From NCBI GenBank assembly GCA_030867685.1, contig JAQOWU010000007.1, forward strand, positions 1,860,001-1,924,000: a stretch of DNA of 64,000 nt. The letters run 5' to 3'. Under the pieces are notes generated by a model, which saw nothing but the letters and a program-made list of their open reading frames with translations, was not told the DNA's origin and did no database searches. Of this stretch, positions 20,245 to 33,495 are shown in pieces. The translations under genes were made by a program, and so were the position numbers. The DNA is from Wickerhamiella versatilis. Taxonomy: Eukaryota. Every line of letters starts with the position of its first letter. Position 1 is the stretch's first letter.

Positions 20245-21231
20245 TCAGTCAACTGTTACCTGTGCCGCTGAGGGGTATTCCTGCAAGTTTTCGAATTGTT
20301 GTTTAAACACTTCAGCTGAATTCTTCGTATTCTCAGACTCTAGATCTGTTTGACTCCGATATGAAAACCCATCCGGAATCAATCCCCAATCCGAGGTATC
20401 ACAGCTGCGAAGAAAGCTGAGAAAAGAAATATAATTCTCAAAAGTACAGCTCGAGTCATTCCATAAAGCTGACACTAGTATAGATATGGTTGAAAAAGAA
20501 AATAGAGTCAATGCGGGCTGCAAGATCGACCTTCCAAATAGGAACTTATTAGGTTGTGGGGTTGTATCATTGACCTCGTTCATAGGTATCCTCCATACAG
20601 GTTGAGATTTTTGCTTGATATCTTCGAATGAAATAGCAGGTCCAAGGTGCTTTGCAGGTTTCTTCACCACCGCAAACTCAGCGAGTGTTTTCGCAACATA
20701 GAGCTCGTCATAATTGTGCTTCAATTGGGAGAGCCGACTCGCTATATTAGCTTTTTCTCGAATTTTCATGGTCTTTGAAGGATTCTCATCTTGATCATCT
20801 TCAAACACTGTGCTGAAATTGCGCTTGCGTATCTCAGGCATCGGTTCTAGCTGAGACAAGCCACCGAAAGGCTCGGAATATGAGGAGCCTTTGGACTCAG
20901 GAGAGATTGGCTCCTGTTTAGGCACTGGCAGGTTCATTTGAGACTTTCTTGTTTTTACTTGAGCTTCCAATCTCTCTCTAAAATCAGAAATCATTCTCGG
21001 ATCAAGCCTGCAGAATGCAGAGCTGATGGGTGGTATATCGCTCTTTGACAGCCATAGTTTGGCTGTTTTACGACTATTTGAGACTTTGGCAACTGGTAAT
21101 GCATAGGAAGCTGTCCATCGCTTCTGCTGCTGGGCCAAATTGTTCCCCATTTGTCTCTCAACTTTCACTGTGAATGCATTCGTTGACGTTCCGGAATTTT
21201 TGAAGGGTATATTTGCTTCGTTTCCTGTCAT
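20245..21231 (-). CDS. Hypothetical protein (~328 aa), no recognised family
   Basis: Long ORF with plausible composition. Start is ATG 21231 or 21150. Confidence 0.65.
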   Translation of the reverse strand: MTGNEANIPFKNSGTSTNAFTVKVERQMGNNLAQQQKRWTASYALPVAKVSNSRKTAKLWLSKSDIPPISSAFCRLDPRMISDFRERLEAQVKTRKSQMNLPVPKQEPISPESKGSSYSEPFGGLSQLEPMPEIRKRNFSTVFEDDQDENPSKTMKIREKANIASRLSQLKHNYDELYVAKTLAEFAVVKKPAKHLGPAISFEDIKQKSQPVWRIPMNEVNDTTPQPNKFLFGRSILQPALTLFSFSTISILVSALWNDSSCTFENYISFLSFLRSCDTSDWGLIPDGFSYRSQTDLESENTKNSAEVFKQQFENLQEYPSAAQVTVD

Positions 21232-22076
21232 AATCAATATTTTTCGTGGAATTAAAGACTATGAATTCGTATTTGTCCAATTCCCGGTTGATCAATATAA
21301 TTACGTTATATATCATGTAATCAATTATCCCAATTCGGAGGAGTGCCTACCATAAGCGGAAGCCAGAATGGCGGGTAGTCGATATGGGGTGTTCCCAAAA
21401 ACGGAAGGTATAATGGCAGCTGTTAGAGTTGTGGACGAGGTACTATGTATTTTTTCTCGGACCCTTTCATAAGACCATATACCTTCAATAAATATTGATT
21501 TTAAATATGTTCATGGCCTCCCTAATGTGTTCCTAATATTTTCCATTACCAAAAAACCACTGATATCACCCTAACCCATAACATTTTATCCAAAACGGGG
21601 TTAAATGAAACCTAGTTTAGGTGGTTCCTGACCCAGCTCTATGCGGGTTGGTTCACGTGCCCCACCGTCTTGACACCATTATAATATCGTCAAAAATCCC
21701 TTGGATGGAAAATTAGAGCTATTTAAGTTTAATCATTGACCATATATACGACTATGAATCCGAATAGTCTGGTATCAGCTACTATACAGCCCGCATTGTG
21801 CTTAATAGAACCCCTGTACCCTAAGCCAAGTTGGATTCTCAGATTAGTGTAACCACACCTGGGTCGACGCTATATGGCTGACAACAATTATTCTCTAGTT
21901 GAGCAAAGACCGTAGTGGGCTTTTAAGAAATAAAAGCAGTAAGAATGTTTCCAGCTGCGTTTCTTTTCTTAGAGAATATATCTAGGTTGTGTCTGATGGG
22001 ACCAAGCTTTTTGAACAATGAGAGCCCTACTATTTTGAGGTGTTATAGTTTCAGCATCTTCTTCATCACAACAATT

Positions 22077-22150
22077 GGTTCGATGGTCTAGTTGGTTATG
22101 ACGGGTGCCTAACACGCACCAGGTCCCCAGTTCGATCCTGGGTCGAATCA
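22077..22150 (+). tRNA. tRNA-Val(AAC)
   Basis: Acceptor stem GGTTCGA/TCGAATC, anticodon arm GGTGC-CTAACAC-GCACC, T arm CCCAG-TTCGATC-CTGGG, followed by a T7 Pol III terminator. Confidence 0.96.
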
Positions 22151-22269
22151 CTTTTTTTGCTTGAATCCTTATTTTTTTTTAGCAATAAGCTCAATATGAT
22201 ACCGTAGTCCACCAACATTATAAATTTCTACATGCACAGGTTTTTGTTTACCACTATATTATATATTAA

Positions 22270-23217
22270 CTACTCTGGAGGAACGTAGGGGGTCACCAAC
22301 ATTTTCGAGAACTTTTCCAGATCTGCCACACCTCTGACTTCTGATGTCAACTGCGGTAACTTGACCAAGTGAAAGTCCTCATATAGTTCAGTTATTTGTT
22401 CAAGATATTTTGCCTGCATTTTGTGTCTGGCCTCACATTGCTCACAGTGTGAACCCTTGCGGGGATAGATGAGCTGGTTTACAATAATAGTGTTCACATC
22501 GATTCCAAAGTTATCAAGTTCCTGAATCATACGCTCAGTTTCATAAAGCGAGAGAAACTCGGAGATACAGACACAAACAAATGTTGTTAGGTCAGTATCT
22601 TGAAACTGCCGGTTGACTTCAATAATGGTTTCTCTTGTTGAATCCAGTTTAGAAAACACCTCATCCATGGATTTTCCCTGAGAGCCCAAGAGAGACTGTA
22701 GCATTGGGCCCATGTTGGCTGTCATCTGGCGAATCTTCCCTAGTGCTTTTTCTAAAATGGTTGGAAACTGAAGAAACCGAAGGGTGTGACCCGTAGGTGC
22801 TGTATCGAAAACCACCACACTAAAGTCTTGTGTTCTCACTCGCTTCATGATTTCGCTGAAACTAAGAGCTTCATCAATTCCAGGAATAGAGAATGCGAGG
22901 TCCTGGAAGAAATCAGCTATTTGACCACCTTGCTGATTTGACATAAATTCCTCAATAGAACCACTGGGATCAATCTCCATTGCACTTAGATTAGGTACAC
23001 CGTTCACGGGAGATGGGTCCTTGCCGAATTTCTGCCCAAATGCATCACTGAGATTGTGTGCAGGGTCAGTGGATATTAAAAGCACAGACTCTCGACGCTT
23101 TGCGAGCTGCAGCGCTATAGAACAGGAGTTTGTCGTTTTTCCTACTCCTCCCTTACCTCCAACGAAGATCCAACGCAAAGAAGTATGGTCCAGGATACTT
23201 TGAATTGTAGGTTCCAT
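22270..23217 (-). CDS. GET3: ATPase Get3 (tail-anchored protein insertion)
   Basis: [39 protein letters not shown]. Confidence 0.97.
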   Translation of the reverse strand: MEPTIQSILDHTSLRWIFVGGKGGVGKTTNSCSIALQLAKRRESVLLISTDPAHNLSDAFGQKFGKDPSPVNGVPNLSAMEIDPSGSIEEFMSNQQGGQIADFFQDLAFSIPGIDEALSFSEIMKRVRTQDFSVVVFDTAPTGHTLRFLQFPTILEKALGKIRQMTANMGPMLQSLLGSQGKSMDEVFSKLDSTRETIIEVNRQFQDTDLTTFVCVCISEFLSLYETERMIQELDNFGIDVNTIIVNQLIYPRKGSHCEQCEARHKMQAKYLEQITELYEDFHLVKLPQLTSEVRGVADLEKFSKMLVTPYVPPE

Positions 23218-23311
23218 GTTTGGATTAGTCAGGTTCCGCCAGATTCCTTGGTATTCTATAGGAATTCTAAAGGACTTTTTTTGTGGTACACTAACTTGAG
23301 ATTTATAAATA

Positions 23312-26300
23312 CTAATTTACTACCGATTCAAAAAATGGAGTCTTCTGCTCTTGTCTTGCTCGGAAAGGGGATACAATATTGAAGGCGCCAGTGCCAACAT
23401 GCATGCTTTGCCCAAGAATAATGCATTCCGAGACACCCTCAATCTTATCTGTCTTCATGTAAAATGCAGCATCAAACAGATGGTCGGTAGTCTTTTCAAA
23501 TGAGGCGAGTTGTAGTACTGAGTCGCGCATTTTCGCCAGACCGAATCGAGTGATACCCAAAACTTCACCTTTAAACGTCATGACATCACCAAGTAGTTGA
23601 ACATGTCTAGGATCAACAGACATGCCATGGTTTGCCATTGTGTAATTAATCTCATTGATAATCGATGCACGAGCAGCTTCAATGCCAAGAACATCTCTCA
23701 TTTCAAGAACGTGATTGGTAGACGTCTTGTGTCCTAACACACCATCTGTGATCATAATATTTTGTAGACCATATCCCTCCACAAGAAGTTCCTTCCTATC
23801 ATCAGACGTGATATTGATTACAGCACGGTTGATCTCTGGAAAGCCCTCCACTACAACAGAAGGAAGCATACGGAGCAGTTGCTGCCCTCTGAAGTATATG
23901 TGTGCCGGCGAGCTCATCTTTTCGTCCGCTACAGTAGACTTCAGATCACTCCCTTTGATTGCGACGTGGATTTCCTGTTTCTTTGGCAAAACTCTGATGT
24001 CAGCGTCGCTCAGTTTTAGTTTGGGGTGGGCCTGGATTGCATTGGCAATACTGTTCAAAGATACATCTAGCTGTAGTCGCTCGATAGTTCTCTGATCCAC
24101 TTTAATGCCAATATATGCATGGTCATTGCAATAAACATCCTCTAGGTACTCAGCGATATCACTTAGCAGGGTCTTCTCCACACGGCCCTTAACAATTCGA
24201 GCGGTTCGTTCGTCACGGTCGTTTGCTAGGCACGCATTAATGATAGGAGTCGAAATTGTCTTAGAAGCATTGATAATTTCCTTAATGCGAGGAACACCCA
24301 ATGTTACGTTCATACTTGCTACACCCGCAAAATGGAACGTCTTGAGTGTCATTTGAGTTCCAGGCTCACCGATACTCTGAGCACCAACAGCACCAACAGC
24401 AGTTCCTGGTTCGACTTTTGCACGCTCATATTTAAGCATACATATGCGCAAGAACTCATCAATAAGTTGCGGGGTGATCTTTGACACCTTTGCTACAACC
24501 TCATCATTACCAAGGTTTTTACGGAGTTTCTCCAACTCAGTACATTTCCCACGAACAAATTCGCGAATAGAGGCGTAAAATTCTCGCTGAGGATCCAGTT
24601 CATCAACACATCTATCATCAGACGACTGAACCGCACGTGTGATACTCTTCTCCTTGGATTTGATAAGGTTATCAGAACGAGAATATGCCTCTTCCGGCAA
24701 GAGAGGCTTCGAACTTAGAGAGAATTGCTCATACGCACAGTGTGCCCAGGTACGGCCGAAGTCCACTGGCTGCGCATCTCCTTCCATATCAAATGGATCC
24801 AGCCCATCACCACCATAATTAAATTGAACCACCAGATTCGAGGATGTTCTTACGGTTTTATCGTAAAGGATACTCAGATCTTCCAGAGACTTCATGAGAC
24901 GACGTGACATATAACCTGTCTCTGCTGTCTTGACCGCAGTATCTACCAAGCCTTCACGACCAGAAATGGCGTGAAACATAAATTCAGCAGGATCAAGTCC
25001 GGTGAAAAAGCTGTTGCGTACAAACCCCTTCGATGGGGGTGTTTTTGAGAACTTAGGGAAATGTGGCAGAGTACGGTCTTGGAACCCATCAGCAACACGA
25101 CTTCCACTGATAATTTGCTGACCGACACAAGCCACCATTTGACTCACATTCAGAGTAGAGCCCTTTGAACCGCATGTGGCCATGATTAATGGGGCATTAT
25201 GAGGGTCGAGTTCACGAATACACACATCACCAACCGTACCCCGTACATTAGAAAGTATGCCGGAGATTTTCGCTTCTAAAGTTTGTTCTTCATCACATCC
25301 TGGTTGGGTTTCTAATTTTCCTGCAGCATAAATAGCGATAAGCTCATCACACTGTTGGTATGCATCCTCAACTAATCTATCCTTGAGGTTCGTAAGCTCA
25401 GCGTCTGGAGTGACATCAGATATACCAATAGAAAACCCACGGTTTCCTAACCAGCGAGCACTCATCTTAGCCATTCGATTCATAGCAGTAGCAGCCGCAT
25501 CCGGGCCATAATCTCGCAGAATAGCATAGAACACTGAGTTCTTGTTGTCATCTCCTAGCAGAGCTTTGTCCATTGTGCCTGAGAGGATCTGTGATCCACG
25601 AATCAGTACCCAGCCATCATTCGTCGAATATTGAGGATCCATACCGCTAGGAGGCTTGTGGAAAGCCTTATTACGGGTCTCAAGGTTGATGGATACCTGG
25701 CTTTGATCATTCGGTTTGATGAGCAGCGAAAAAACCTGTTTTCCGCTCCATAAACGCTTAGGTTTGAGAATCGCTGGTATGGGAATATCAAAGTGAGTCA
25801 TTGCATCTGACATGCTTGCCAGAATTTGTAGCAGCTCGGCGTGCGTGAAAAATTGATCCTTCTTCGTGACTAGATAACTTGCAGAAATGAAATCCTGGGT
25901 TGCCGCAATGATTGGTGCGCCCGACCTTGGGGTTACAATATTGTGCTTGACACCCATCAGGTTCATAGCTTCTGCACGCGCCTCCTCTGTTTGAGGAACA
26001 TGGAGATTCATTTCATCACCATCGAAGTCGGCATTGTAAGGGGTACACACACATTCATTGAGTCGTAATGTTCGCCACGGGCGTACTTTGACGAAATGGC
26101 TCAGAATTGACAACCTATGCAAGGACGGCTGGCGGTTGAAGAGCACAATATCACCATCTTCAAGATGTCGTTCCACAATGTCACCGATCCCCAGGCCCTT
26201 TGCAAGCTTATCTCTTTGACCAAATCGCAGGTTACGCCGGACTTCTTCACCCCGCTTAAGCACATAGTTTGCTCCGGGATATACAAAAGGCCCATTGGTT

Positions 26301-27505
26301 ACAAGAACCTTCAACTTCTCTCTATTATGTGTGGTCACGCGCTCAGGATAGGTCAAAATCTTTGCAATACGATCAGGTACGGCTACTTCATCGATCTTCA
26401 GATTGGGATCCGGTGAAATTACAGTACGGCCACTGAAATCTACACGTTTTCCGCTAAGGTTTCCTCTGAAACGTCCTTGCTTTCCCTTTAATCGCTGGCA
26501 CAACGCTCTGATCGGAGAAGAACTACCTGATCCTGTGGGAGTGTCACTGTTTATGTATAATGCCAAACTCAATTGCATGAATTCCCACTGGTTCATGAGC
26601 TCATGCAAGGCCATACCGTTTTCAAACCCCGACAATATCTGCGCATTTGCTTTAACTATTTCAGTCAGTTTTACGGTAAGATCATCCTCATTCGAGGCGT
26701 TGTCTTGCATGATCGACGGACGAATGCAAACTGGAGGTGCCGGAACTTCTTGCCAGAGGTAGAGTTCAGGGCGGCCACCGATATCTGGATCGATTCCTAA
26801 GAACTCACAATCCTCCATGCTAACCTGCTTAAATAGGTTGAATACCCTAAGTGGGTTGAGCTCCTCAGCACTCCGTTTCACCGTCTTCTCCATCTCAGGG
26901 TTTGCCTCGACGGCAGCCTCGAGCGAGGAGTCGTAGGCAATTTTCTCATCGGGAACCTTTTTGCCAACCCACCTAAACTTGTCGTGAACTACCCGCAGTG
27001 CTCCAGATTTTTTCACCACACCGTTAATCGCATTACAGTGAGGGCACCTACGGGACTTCTTGCATTGGTCATTTAGTTTTTTCAACACCGTCATACGGCG
27101 TAGATTATCGATATCGGGAACCCGAAGCTCTCGTAAAAATTGTTTTTTCTGGGAGGTGTCAAGCAAAATTGCACTACACTCTTTGCATATATTTTGCAGT
27201 ACCGTGATCACGTGGCGAAAATATCCCACGTGAAATACAGGAAGAGCCAGTTTAATACGTCCAAAGTGGCCCTGACATGTGGCAAGTCTTCCATGGCAAG
27301 TGTCGCACTCTGTAAAGTTGTCACTAACACCCATCTTCCGATCCAGCGGGCCGTGAGCCTGTGGTTGTCTCCCGTTCTCCAGATTATAGAGGTCTACACG
27401 ATTAACATCCACCACACTCAGTTTGTTAATCTCTTCTGGGCTCAAAGAGCTAAAAGAAAGACCCGAAATCCGTCGTGGTGGATTGTCGTCGACATAGTCT
27501 TTCAT
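23312..27505 (-). CDS. RPO31: RNA polymerase III largest subunit (C160)
   Basis: [46 protein letters not shown]; no CTD heptads. Confidence 0.97.
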   Translation of the reverse strand: MKDYVDDNPPRRISGLSFSSLSPEEINKLSVVDVNRVDLYNLENGRQPQAHGPLDRKMGVSDNFTECDTCHGRLATCQGHFGRIKLALPVFHVGYFRHVITVLQNICKECSAILLDTSQKKQFLRELRVPDIDNLRRMTVLKKLNDQCKKSRRCPHCNAINGVVKKSGALRVVHDKFRWVGKKVPDEKIAYDSSLEAAVEANPEMEKTVKRSAEELNPLRVFNLFKQVSMEDCEFLGIDPDIGGRPELYLWQEVPAPPVCIRPSIMQDNASNEDDLTVKLTEIVKANAQILSGFENGMALHELMNQWEFMQLSLALYINSDTPTGSGSSSPIRALCQRLKGKQGRFRGNLSGKRVDFSGRTVISPDPNLKIDEVAVPDRIAKILTYPERVTTHNREKLKVLVTNGPFVYPGANYVLKRGEEVRRNLRFGQRDKLAKGLGIGDIVERHLEDGDIVLFNRQPSLHRLSILSHFVKVRPWRTLRLNECVCTPYNADFDGDEMNLHVPQTEEARAEAMNLMGVKHNIVTPRSGAPIIAATQDFISASYLVTKKDQFFTHAELLQILASMSDAMTHFDIPIPAILKPKRLWSGKQVFSLLIKPNDQSQVSINLETRNKAFHKPPSGMDPQYSTNDGWVLIRGSQILSGTMDKALLGDDNKNSVFYAILRDYGPDAAATAMNRMAKMSARWLGNRGFSIGISDVTPDAELTNLKDRLVEDAYQQCDELIAIYAAGKLETQPGCDEEQTLEAKISGILSNVRGTVGDVCIRELDPHNAPLIMATCGSKGSTLNVSQMVACVGQQIISGSRVADGFQDRTLPHFPKFSKTPPSKGFVRNSFFTGLDPAEFMFHAISGREGLVDTAVKTAETGYMSRRLMKSLEDLSILYDKTVRTSSNLVVQFNYGGDGLDPFDMEGDAQPVDFGRTWAHCAYEQFSLSSKPLLPEEAYSRSDNLIKSKEKSITRAVQSSDDRCVDELDPQREFYASIREFVRGKCTELEKLRKNLGNDEVVAKVSKITPQLIDEFLRICMLKYERAKVEPGTAVGAVGAQSIGEPGTQMTLKTFHFAGVASMNVTLGVPRIKEIINASKTISTPIINACLANDRDERTARIVKGRVEKTLLSDIAEYLEDVYCNDHAYIGIKVDQRTIERLQLDVSLNSIANAIQAHPKLKLSDADIRVLPKKQEIHVAIKGSDLKSTVADEKMSSPAHIYFRGQQLLRMLPSVVVEGFPEINRAVINITSDDRKELLVEGYGLQNIMITDGVLGHKTSTNHVLEMRDVLGIEAARASIINEINYTMANHGMSVDPRHVQLLGDVMTFKGEVLGITRFGLAKMRDSVLQLASFEKTTDHLFDAAFYMKTDKIEGVSECIILGQSMHVGTGAFNIVSPFRARQEQKTPFFESVVN

Positions 27506-28078
27506 TTGAACTAAAGGCAGCCCAAAAAATATTAGTCAGTATACAGCTTTTGTATGTGCTGTGTGAGGGAGTTCTTTTGGGGCTCCTAAAGACCTCTTTT
27601 CCATCGCATCTCGGAGAAAAAATGTCATAGATGTATCTCCTTAAAAAATAATGTAAAAAACGAGTAGAATCGAGTGTGTTCGGTGTGCCGTTTGAGGAAT
27701 TTCCTCGTGTATGGGGGCATCGAGAAGGAATAATCTGGTGTATCACATTCAAAATTTGCCTAATACACACTTGAATGTCACTTTTTACTGAATTGTAAGA
27801 GGGGGATCTGTAATCTGTGATCAGAATGTCAATAAGGAGGTTGTGTATTTCACACCCGCATATAGGGTTCGGGGGGACCACCTGCTGGTAGAAAACAAGC
27901 TTTTTTTACTCAGAAACCCAAACTTTCGCATATTCTTCATCTTCAAATGGATTTTCGAGCTATTTATATTTCTGCTGTGGCACAAAGAAAGCCATTACAC
28001 CATAATTTATCTGACTAGCGTCAATGTTTGGTTGACCTTTTCATGCGACCCGCTTAGAGTCTATTAGTAAGCGGCCTC

Positions 28079-29980
28079 ATGTACAACAATCCGTATAGCG
28101 GGGGAGGCATACGTCGAGAAGACAGTCCTGAAAGGGGTAGGTATGGCATGTATGCTGCCTATCAAGGTAATGGGATCTTGCAACCGCCAGCTCCAATTGC
28201 TCAGCCCTCCGCAGCTATGGGATCGGGGCCGTACGGTTACTTCGGCTACCAGCAGCAACCAGGCTCCCAGGTTAGTCTAGCATCTGCCAACTCTTGGAAC
28301 GATATGTCTCAGGTTCAGGTGCCTAGTCCTTCGCAGGCCTCGCTTCTCGCACGTCAGCAACCTCAACAGCAAGCACAAATGGGGTGGGTACCGGACCTTC
28401 ATTATCCAGAGCCTATTGCTCGTGCAGAATCGCCAGGTTCGCGAAGTTTTGTCTCTCAACATTCACAGCTATCATATCGTGATAGCTCTCCATCCCGCTA
28501 CCCGCCAAGTGGCTCACCTGTGCGCAGCCGAAGTCCTGTGAGACATGGTGACGGCGGGTCAATGGTTCTCCCACCACAGCCTTTCGAGCGGCGTCCAGAG
28601 AGTCTGCCACAGTCAGTACAGGAAAAATCAGCAATCACGAAATTGAGAATTGAGCACTTCTTCAAATTGAATGTGAATCACGCGATCGAAAGGAACCAGC
28701 GACGGGTGCAAACAGAACAGTCGCTTGCAGGAGCATCAGAGGAACGCAAGAGGCGCCAGCTGATTAGTCTGGGTCGCAAGGAATCAAACTTCCTGCGACT
28801 GAGGCGTACCCGCTTGTCCCTGGAAGATTTCATCACGGTGAAAGTTATCGGAAAAGGCGCGTTCGGTGAGGTGAGACTTGTACAGAAGCGCGACACTGGG
28901 CAAGTTTATGCTATGAAGACGTTGTATAAATCAGAAATGTTTATGAAGGATCAACTTGCACATGTCAAGGCAGAACGAGATGTACTGGCTGGCAGCGATA
29001 GTCCCTGGGTCGTAAGTCTATATTATTCGTTTCAAGATGATGACTATCTTTATTTAATTATGGAGTTCTTACCGGGTGGAGATCTGATGACAATGCTCAT
29101 CAAGTATGATGTGTTTAGCGAAGATATCACACGTTTCTACATCGCTGAGTGTGTTCTCGCCATAGAAGCTATACACAAGCTGGGTTTCATCCATCGAGAT
29201 ATCAAGCCTGATAATGTCTTAATCGATAAAACAGGCCATATCAAAATCTCGGATTTTGGCTTGTCTACCGGTTTCCATCGAACCCATGACAGCAATTATT
29301 ACAAGCAACTACTTGAAAAAGACCGGCAGGCCGGCAGGTTGCCGAACAGGAATTCCACCATGGTCGATGCAATCCATCTCACGGTGTCAAATCGGCAGCA
29401 AATCTCTACATGGCGTAAGTCACGGCGTGTTATGGCCTACTCCACGGTAGGTACTCCCGATTATATCGCTCCCGAAATCTTCATTCGCAAAGGATATTCA
29501 CAGGAATGCGACTGGTGGTCTTTAGGTGCCATTATGTTTGAGTGTCTAGTGGGATGGCCACCATTCTGCTCGGAAACGCCGCAAGAAACTTATCGAAAAA
29601 TTCTCAATTGGCAGGAAACCCTGCAGTTCCCTGATGATATCCACCTGAGCCCAGAGTCTGAGGACCTTATCCGCAGACTACTCACTTCGCAGGAGTATCG
29701 CCTGGGACGTGGCGGAGCCGATGAGATCAAAGCTCATCCCTTTTTCCGTGGTGTGGACTGGTCCTCTATAAGGTCCTACAGTGCGCCATTTATCCCGAAA
29801 CTGAAGTCCATCACTGACACGACGTATTTCCCCACGGAAGATCTAGAGCAAGTACCCGACACACCAGCATCAAAACAAAAGCAGCCACAACGGCACGCGA
29901 AAAACGTTCGCGAAGATCTGCCGTTCATCGGTTATACTTTCTCGCGTTTCGACTACTTGACAAGGAAGAATGCAATCTGA
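28079..29980 (+). CDS. CBK1: NDR/LATS kinase of the RAM network
   Basis: [56 protein letters not shown]. Confidence 0.96.
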   Translation: MYNNPYSGGGIRREDSPERGRYGMYAAYQGNGILQPPAPIAQPSAAMGSGPYGYFGYQQQPGSQVSLASANSWNDMSQVQVPSPSQASLLARQQPQQQAQMGWVPDLHYPEPIARAESPGSRSFVSQHSQLSYRDSSPSRYPPSGSPVRSRSPVRHGDGGSMVLPPQPFERRPESLPQSVQEKSAITKLRIEHFFKLNVNHAIERNQRRVQTEQSLAGASEERKRRQLISLGRKESNFLRLRRTRLSLEDFITVKVIGKGAFGEVRLVQKRDTGQVYAMKTLYKSEMFMKDQLAHVKAERDVLAGSDSPWVVSLYYSFQDDDYLYLIMEFLPGGDLMTMLIKYDVFSEDITRFYIAECVLAIEAIHKLGFIHRDIKPDNVLIDKTGHIKISDFGLSTGFHRTHDSNYYKQLLEKDRQAGRLPNRNSTMVDAIHLTVSNRQQISTWRKSRRVMAYSTVGTPDYIAPEIFIRKGYSQECDWWSLGAIMFECLVGWPPFCSETPQETYRKILNWQETLQFPDDIHLSPESEDLIRRLLTSQEYRLGRGGADEIKAHPFFRGVDWSSIRSYSAPFIPKLKSITDTTYFPTEDLEQVPDTPASKQKQPQRHAKNVREDLPFIGYTFSRFDYLTRKNAI

Positions 29981-30029
29981 ATTGGCTCGCTTTCTTTTTA
30001 GATCTATACATTAAATTATCCCACGTATT

Positions 30030-30644
30030 CTAGAAGCTCACTCTATTTAGTTTCCCCGGACCTGAAGGAGCCACAGCATCCACAGCCTCCCATATTCTGG
30101 CAGCAACATCAGCCTGGTCCGTATCTGCGGAAATCCAGTTCCATTTTGTCGTTCTCAATGCTGTAAATATCTCCCTAACTTTCCGCTGAATATCCCGCTT
30201 TTCATAACGCTCGTTTCCAAATCCCCCACGAGACTCGGCCACTGCCTCAGAAACATCGAGAAAAATCACAGCATCTGGCTCGGGCAGACCAGAATCGGGC
30301 ATGGCACACCACTTGAGATCCAAGCCCTTGGCCGCGGAAAACGCGATACCTGAATACACGTAACGATCACACACCAAATTAATACCAGCATTCAATTTCT
30401 CCTCCAAGGAAGAAGCTAGCTCCCAGCGGTTTGCACTGAAGAGTAAGTGAATGGCTTGGTCCGAGAGCTCAGCGGTGGACTGGAGGTACGCGTTGATCAT
30501 TTGGCCAATCGCGGTGGTGCGGTCGGGAAAGCGTATGCACTCCACGGGCCCTTTCTTCGCGAGCTTTTCTGCCAACAAGCGGCATTGCGTGGATTTCCCT
30601 GCACGGTCAAGGCCCTCAATCACGATAAACAGGCCCCGCGACAT
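30030..30644 (-). CDS. CDC8: Thymidylate kinase
   Basis: IVIEGLDRAGKSTQ, FPDRTT, HLLFSANRWE, DRYVYSG. Confidence 0.96.
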   Translation of the reverse strand: MSRGLFIVIEGLDRAGKSTQCRLLAEKLAKKGPVECIRFPDRTTAIGQMINAYLQSTAELSDQAIHLLFSANRWELASSLEEKLNAGINLVCDRYVYSGIAFSAAKGLDLKWCAMPDSGLPEPDAVIFLDVSEAVAESRGGFGNERYEKRDIQRKVREIFTALRTTKWNWISADTDQADVAARIWEAVDAVAPSGPGKLNRVSF

Positions 30645-30660
30645 CACTCGATCTCGAATG

Positions 30661-30672
30661 TGTCACGTGACA
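30661..30672. promoter_or_regulatory. Palindromic E-box (Cbf1/Tye7-type) TGTCACGTGACA just upstream of CDC8
   Basis: Perfect 12-bp palindrome containing TCACGTGA. A similar GTCACGTGA lies at about 43385, upstream of MRP8. Confidence 0.5.
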
Positions 30673-30999
30673 TTTGTCCCGTCGAATCAAAACTCTTCCT
30701 AACCCAAGTTTTTTCTTCCAACAGTCAGTCTCCTAGGACGGAAAAATCAAGCCAAAAGCCTGGCCCACTCGGCTGGAGGCAACACGCCTAGGAGTAGATA
30801 AAACACATAGCTGGGCACCCGGTTCCGAAGTCTGACTTTCCGGAAATCAGCAGTGGAACAAATACAGATATGGATATGGATATGGATAGAATATTTAGGG
30901 GCAGGAAATGCCCTAGGTTTACAGGATAACTTTAAAATATATGACAATCTAATAGATAAGTTTGAAAGGAGCGAAAGTGCTGGTAAACACACAATGAGC

Positions 31000-31779
31000 C
31001 TAAATCTCTATTGGGGTAATGGTCCTCTCGCGGACCATGGCCCAGCGTCCATTGTGAAGAAAAACCTTCCTTTCCCACGAGGCATCGAGCCCCAAATGAG
31101 GATAATCGCGGTTGGACACATGTCTCCCGCGTGGTGGTCGCCGTTTCTCGTTTGCTGTTAATAAAGTCTGCGATACTGAGGAGGGTGGGTCCAGGTTGTA
31201 AACCCGCTTTTCCTCAGCACCACTACGTAAAGTTGCGGAGTTACGCAGGCCATTTCTGTCAAGAAGCCTGCGATTCCTTCGGCGTATGCGGCGGGTGTCT
31301 TCGGGGAGTGTTCGAAGCTCAAGTGGTAGGGCCAGAGCTATTCCCTGCAAAATGGCCATTAGCCAGTCATAACATGCACGTTGGGATTTAGTGTCTACGA
31401 TGAACTGTTTCCCCTCACAACGAAGCCGCAAGATCCAGGGTCGCTTGAAATAATCAAAAGCAAGGCCGACATCGGCATACTGGAGGGAAAAATATCTGGT
31501 CTTGCGCAACATCCTGCTACGCTGAACAACTATCAGCTGAGTATTATTGACCTCAATCTTCGCTTGAGACCACCGTCGTCTCGTTGCTCGCCTAAACGGA
31601 GAGGTTAATTCGGGCTTCCACTCCAAAACGGCACTTTTCGTCACCACCGGACTATACTCCGGTGGCCTTTCATTATCCTCATAAGGCGGTAATTCTTCCT
31701 CCCTAAAATGCTTCAATCCTGCTTTCCGACTGCCGCGGCCCTCCATATTGTCGGGTGCAGCTAAATTATTTGCTAACAT
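31000..31779 (-). CDS. PH-domain protein (YHR131C/YNL144C-like)
   Basis: PPEYSP..KPELTSPF..RRRW, FSLQYADVGLAFDYFKRPWILRLRCEGKQF, IALALPLELR. Confidence 0.8.
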   Translation of the reverse strand: MLANNLAAPDNMEGRGSRKAGLKHFREEELPPYEDNERPPEYSPVVTKSAVLEWKPELTSPFRRATRRRWSQAKIEVNNTQLIVVQRSRMLRKTRYFSLQYADVGLAFDYFKRPWILRLRCEGKQFIVDTKSQRACYDWLMAILQGIALALPLELRTLPEDTRRIRRRNRRLLDRNGLRNSATLRSGAEEKRVYNLDPPSSVSQTLLTANEKRRPPRGRHVSNRDYPHLGLDASWERKVFLHNGRWAMVRERTITPIEI

Positions 31780-32175
31780 AATAACATGCGGATCACACTA
31801 TTGATGATAAGACCTCTGCGCCTACATATCCAATAACAGGCTTGCGAAACTGTTGTCTATTCCATACACTTACAGTAATTACTGAGTCTCTACTTCAGTA
31901 AGAGCTCTAAGTTCATATTAAAATCCTCGCGAAGTTCCGATGTCAAAGTCATGGTTACTATATAACTGGTCTAGGGTTCATTTATATGCATTTAATGGGT
32001 AGGTTGCAGGGTAATAATGAGCCTTACGAGCCAGATCCCTGGATTATGACCAGGGTATGAAGCCAATAGCAAGCATTTAATCACACTAAAAATTAATCTG
32101 TAAAATTTTTTATAGACATTGCTCGTGAGTACCCACGAGGTAAGGATATACCCACTACGCTATAGCAAAAAAGGC

Positions 32176-33048
32176 TCATAGTTGCTCCTCCAGCCAGCCT
32201 AGTACATCTGTTCTAAACTTTTGGGCGTCCTGAGGTAAGTTGTGCGCTAGGTCATGAGGCAAGCCGTCGTACAGAATAATTTTTTTGACAGTTAGTTTAA
32301 GTTCCTCAAAGACCTTCCTGGACGATTTCCAATCACACACAACATCGTTGGTACCCTGACAGAGAAGCAGCGGCTTATCCACGAACAATTTCTGGAATTC
32401 GGGGTCAAGCAGCCGTTCACCACGAGTGACCGCTCCGTGGAAAAGAGCCGCCGTGGTGATACCATGGCATAATGGGTCATTGGCAATTTTCGCTTGGAAT
32501 TCGGGGTCATTAGATATTAGCGACGGATCAAGCCCTGTATCCTCACGAAAAGTTGGCCATACGCGGACTATGACAGGCAAGAGTCTCAACTTGACCCTCT
32601 GTACAAACGTCATGATCTCTGGTGGATTGCAAACCATAGGACTGCAGCTAATATACGCATCGAAACGCTCACGCTGTTTTCCAATGGCCATGTAGTTCAA
32701 ACATACACCACCGCCCATGGAAAATCCCCATAAAACTGCCTTGCCGTCCCAACCATTTAAGGCGTGAGAAATAACAATCTCCAAATCACCCATAACATAA
32801 TCTTCATTCGACTTCCCAAACTCCGAAGAGTCCTTAGCCGTATGTCCATGGCCTCTAGCATCATACATTGTTATATCGTACCCCTGGCTGGCGAAAGTGG
32901 GAAACCACTCATCATACAGGCCAATGTGCTCTGAAAAGCCATGAACATACACAATCTTTGCCTTGATGTCCTTGCTGTCGTCCGGTGACCACCTGCGGCA
33001 CACTAAAGTGGCCTTAGGAGCCGAGAGTGTGAAATCTGAACTCACCAT
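32176..33048 (-). CDS. Monoacylglycerol lipase-type alpha/beta hydrolase (Yju3-like)
   Basis: VHGFSEH, YDARGHG, nucleophile GFSMGG, GTND, LPHDL. Confidence 0.85.
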   Translation of the reverse strand: MVSSDFTLSAPKATLVCRRWSPDDSKDIKAKIVYVHGFSEHIGLYDEWFPTFASQGYDITMYDARGHGHTAKDSSEFGKSNEDYVMGDLEIVISHALNGWDGKAVLWGFSMGGGVCLNYMAIGKQRERFDAYISCSPMVCNPPEIMTFVQRVKLRLLPVIVRVWPTFREDTGLDPSLISNDPEFQAKIANDPLCHGITTAALFHGAVTRGERLLDPEFQKLFVDKPLLLCQGTNDVVCDWKSSRKVFEELKLTVKKIILYDGLPHDLAHNLPQDAQKFRTDVLGWLEEQL

Positions 33049-33495
33049 TGGCTTAGTAATGACTATAGGCCAGCTACATCTTATACGGCCCCATCCCGCC
33101 ATACCACATAGTAATAATACTAATATTAGTGTTCAATCTCCCTTAACTGTAATCTCAAAGACTCTTTTCACAGTATCATTTTATGCCTTAGGCTCGACTC
33201 ACCTGCTTTTTTTTTCTTGTTTTAGGCACATCCGACCGTTTAGGACAATTATAAAATAGGGTGCATGGATCTTGCCGGACTATCCAGCCAGCCATGTCAC
33301 ATCAAGTATAGTAAATAATATTATTCTACGCAAAATATCGCTATTATTGATCATTTACCATGATTAGTATTTCTACTGAGAGCAGGTTTGCGAGGACCTA
33401 CCTTTTTAGGAACTTCCTAACCCTTGATGGGACCTACCCGAGCTATCTCTCTTACCTATACACGAGAAACGGACGACGCGAGGGCAGTGAATGCA

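Noticed and set aside
21969-22151. Small ORFs overlapping tRNA genes (also 52091-52279 and 55516-55728)
   Set aside because: Explained by the tRNA sequences; non-coding.
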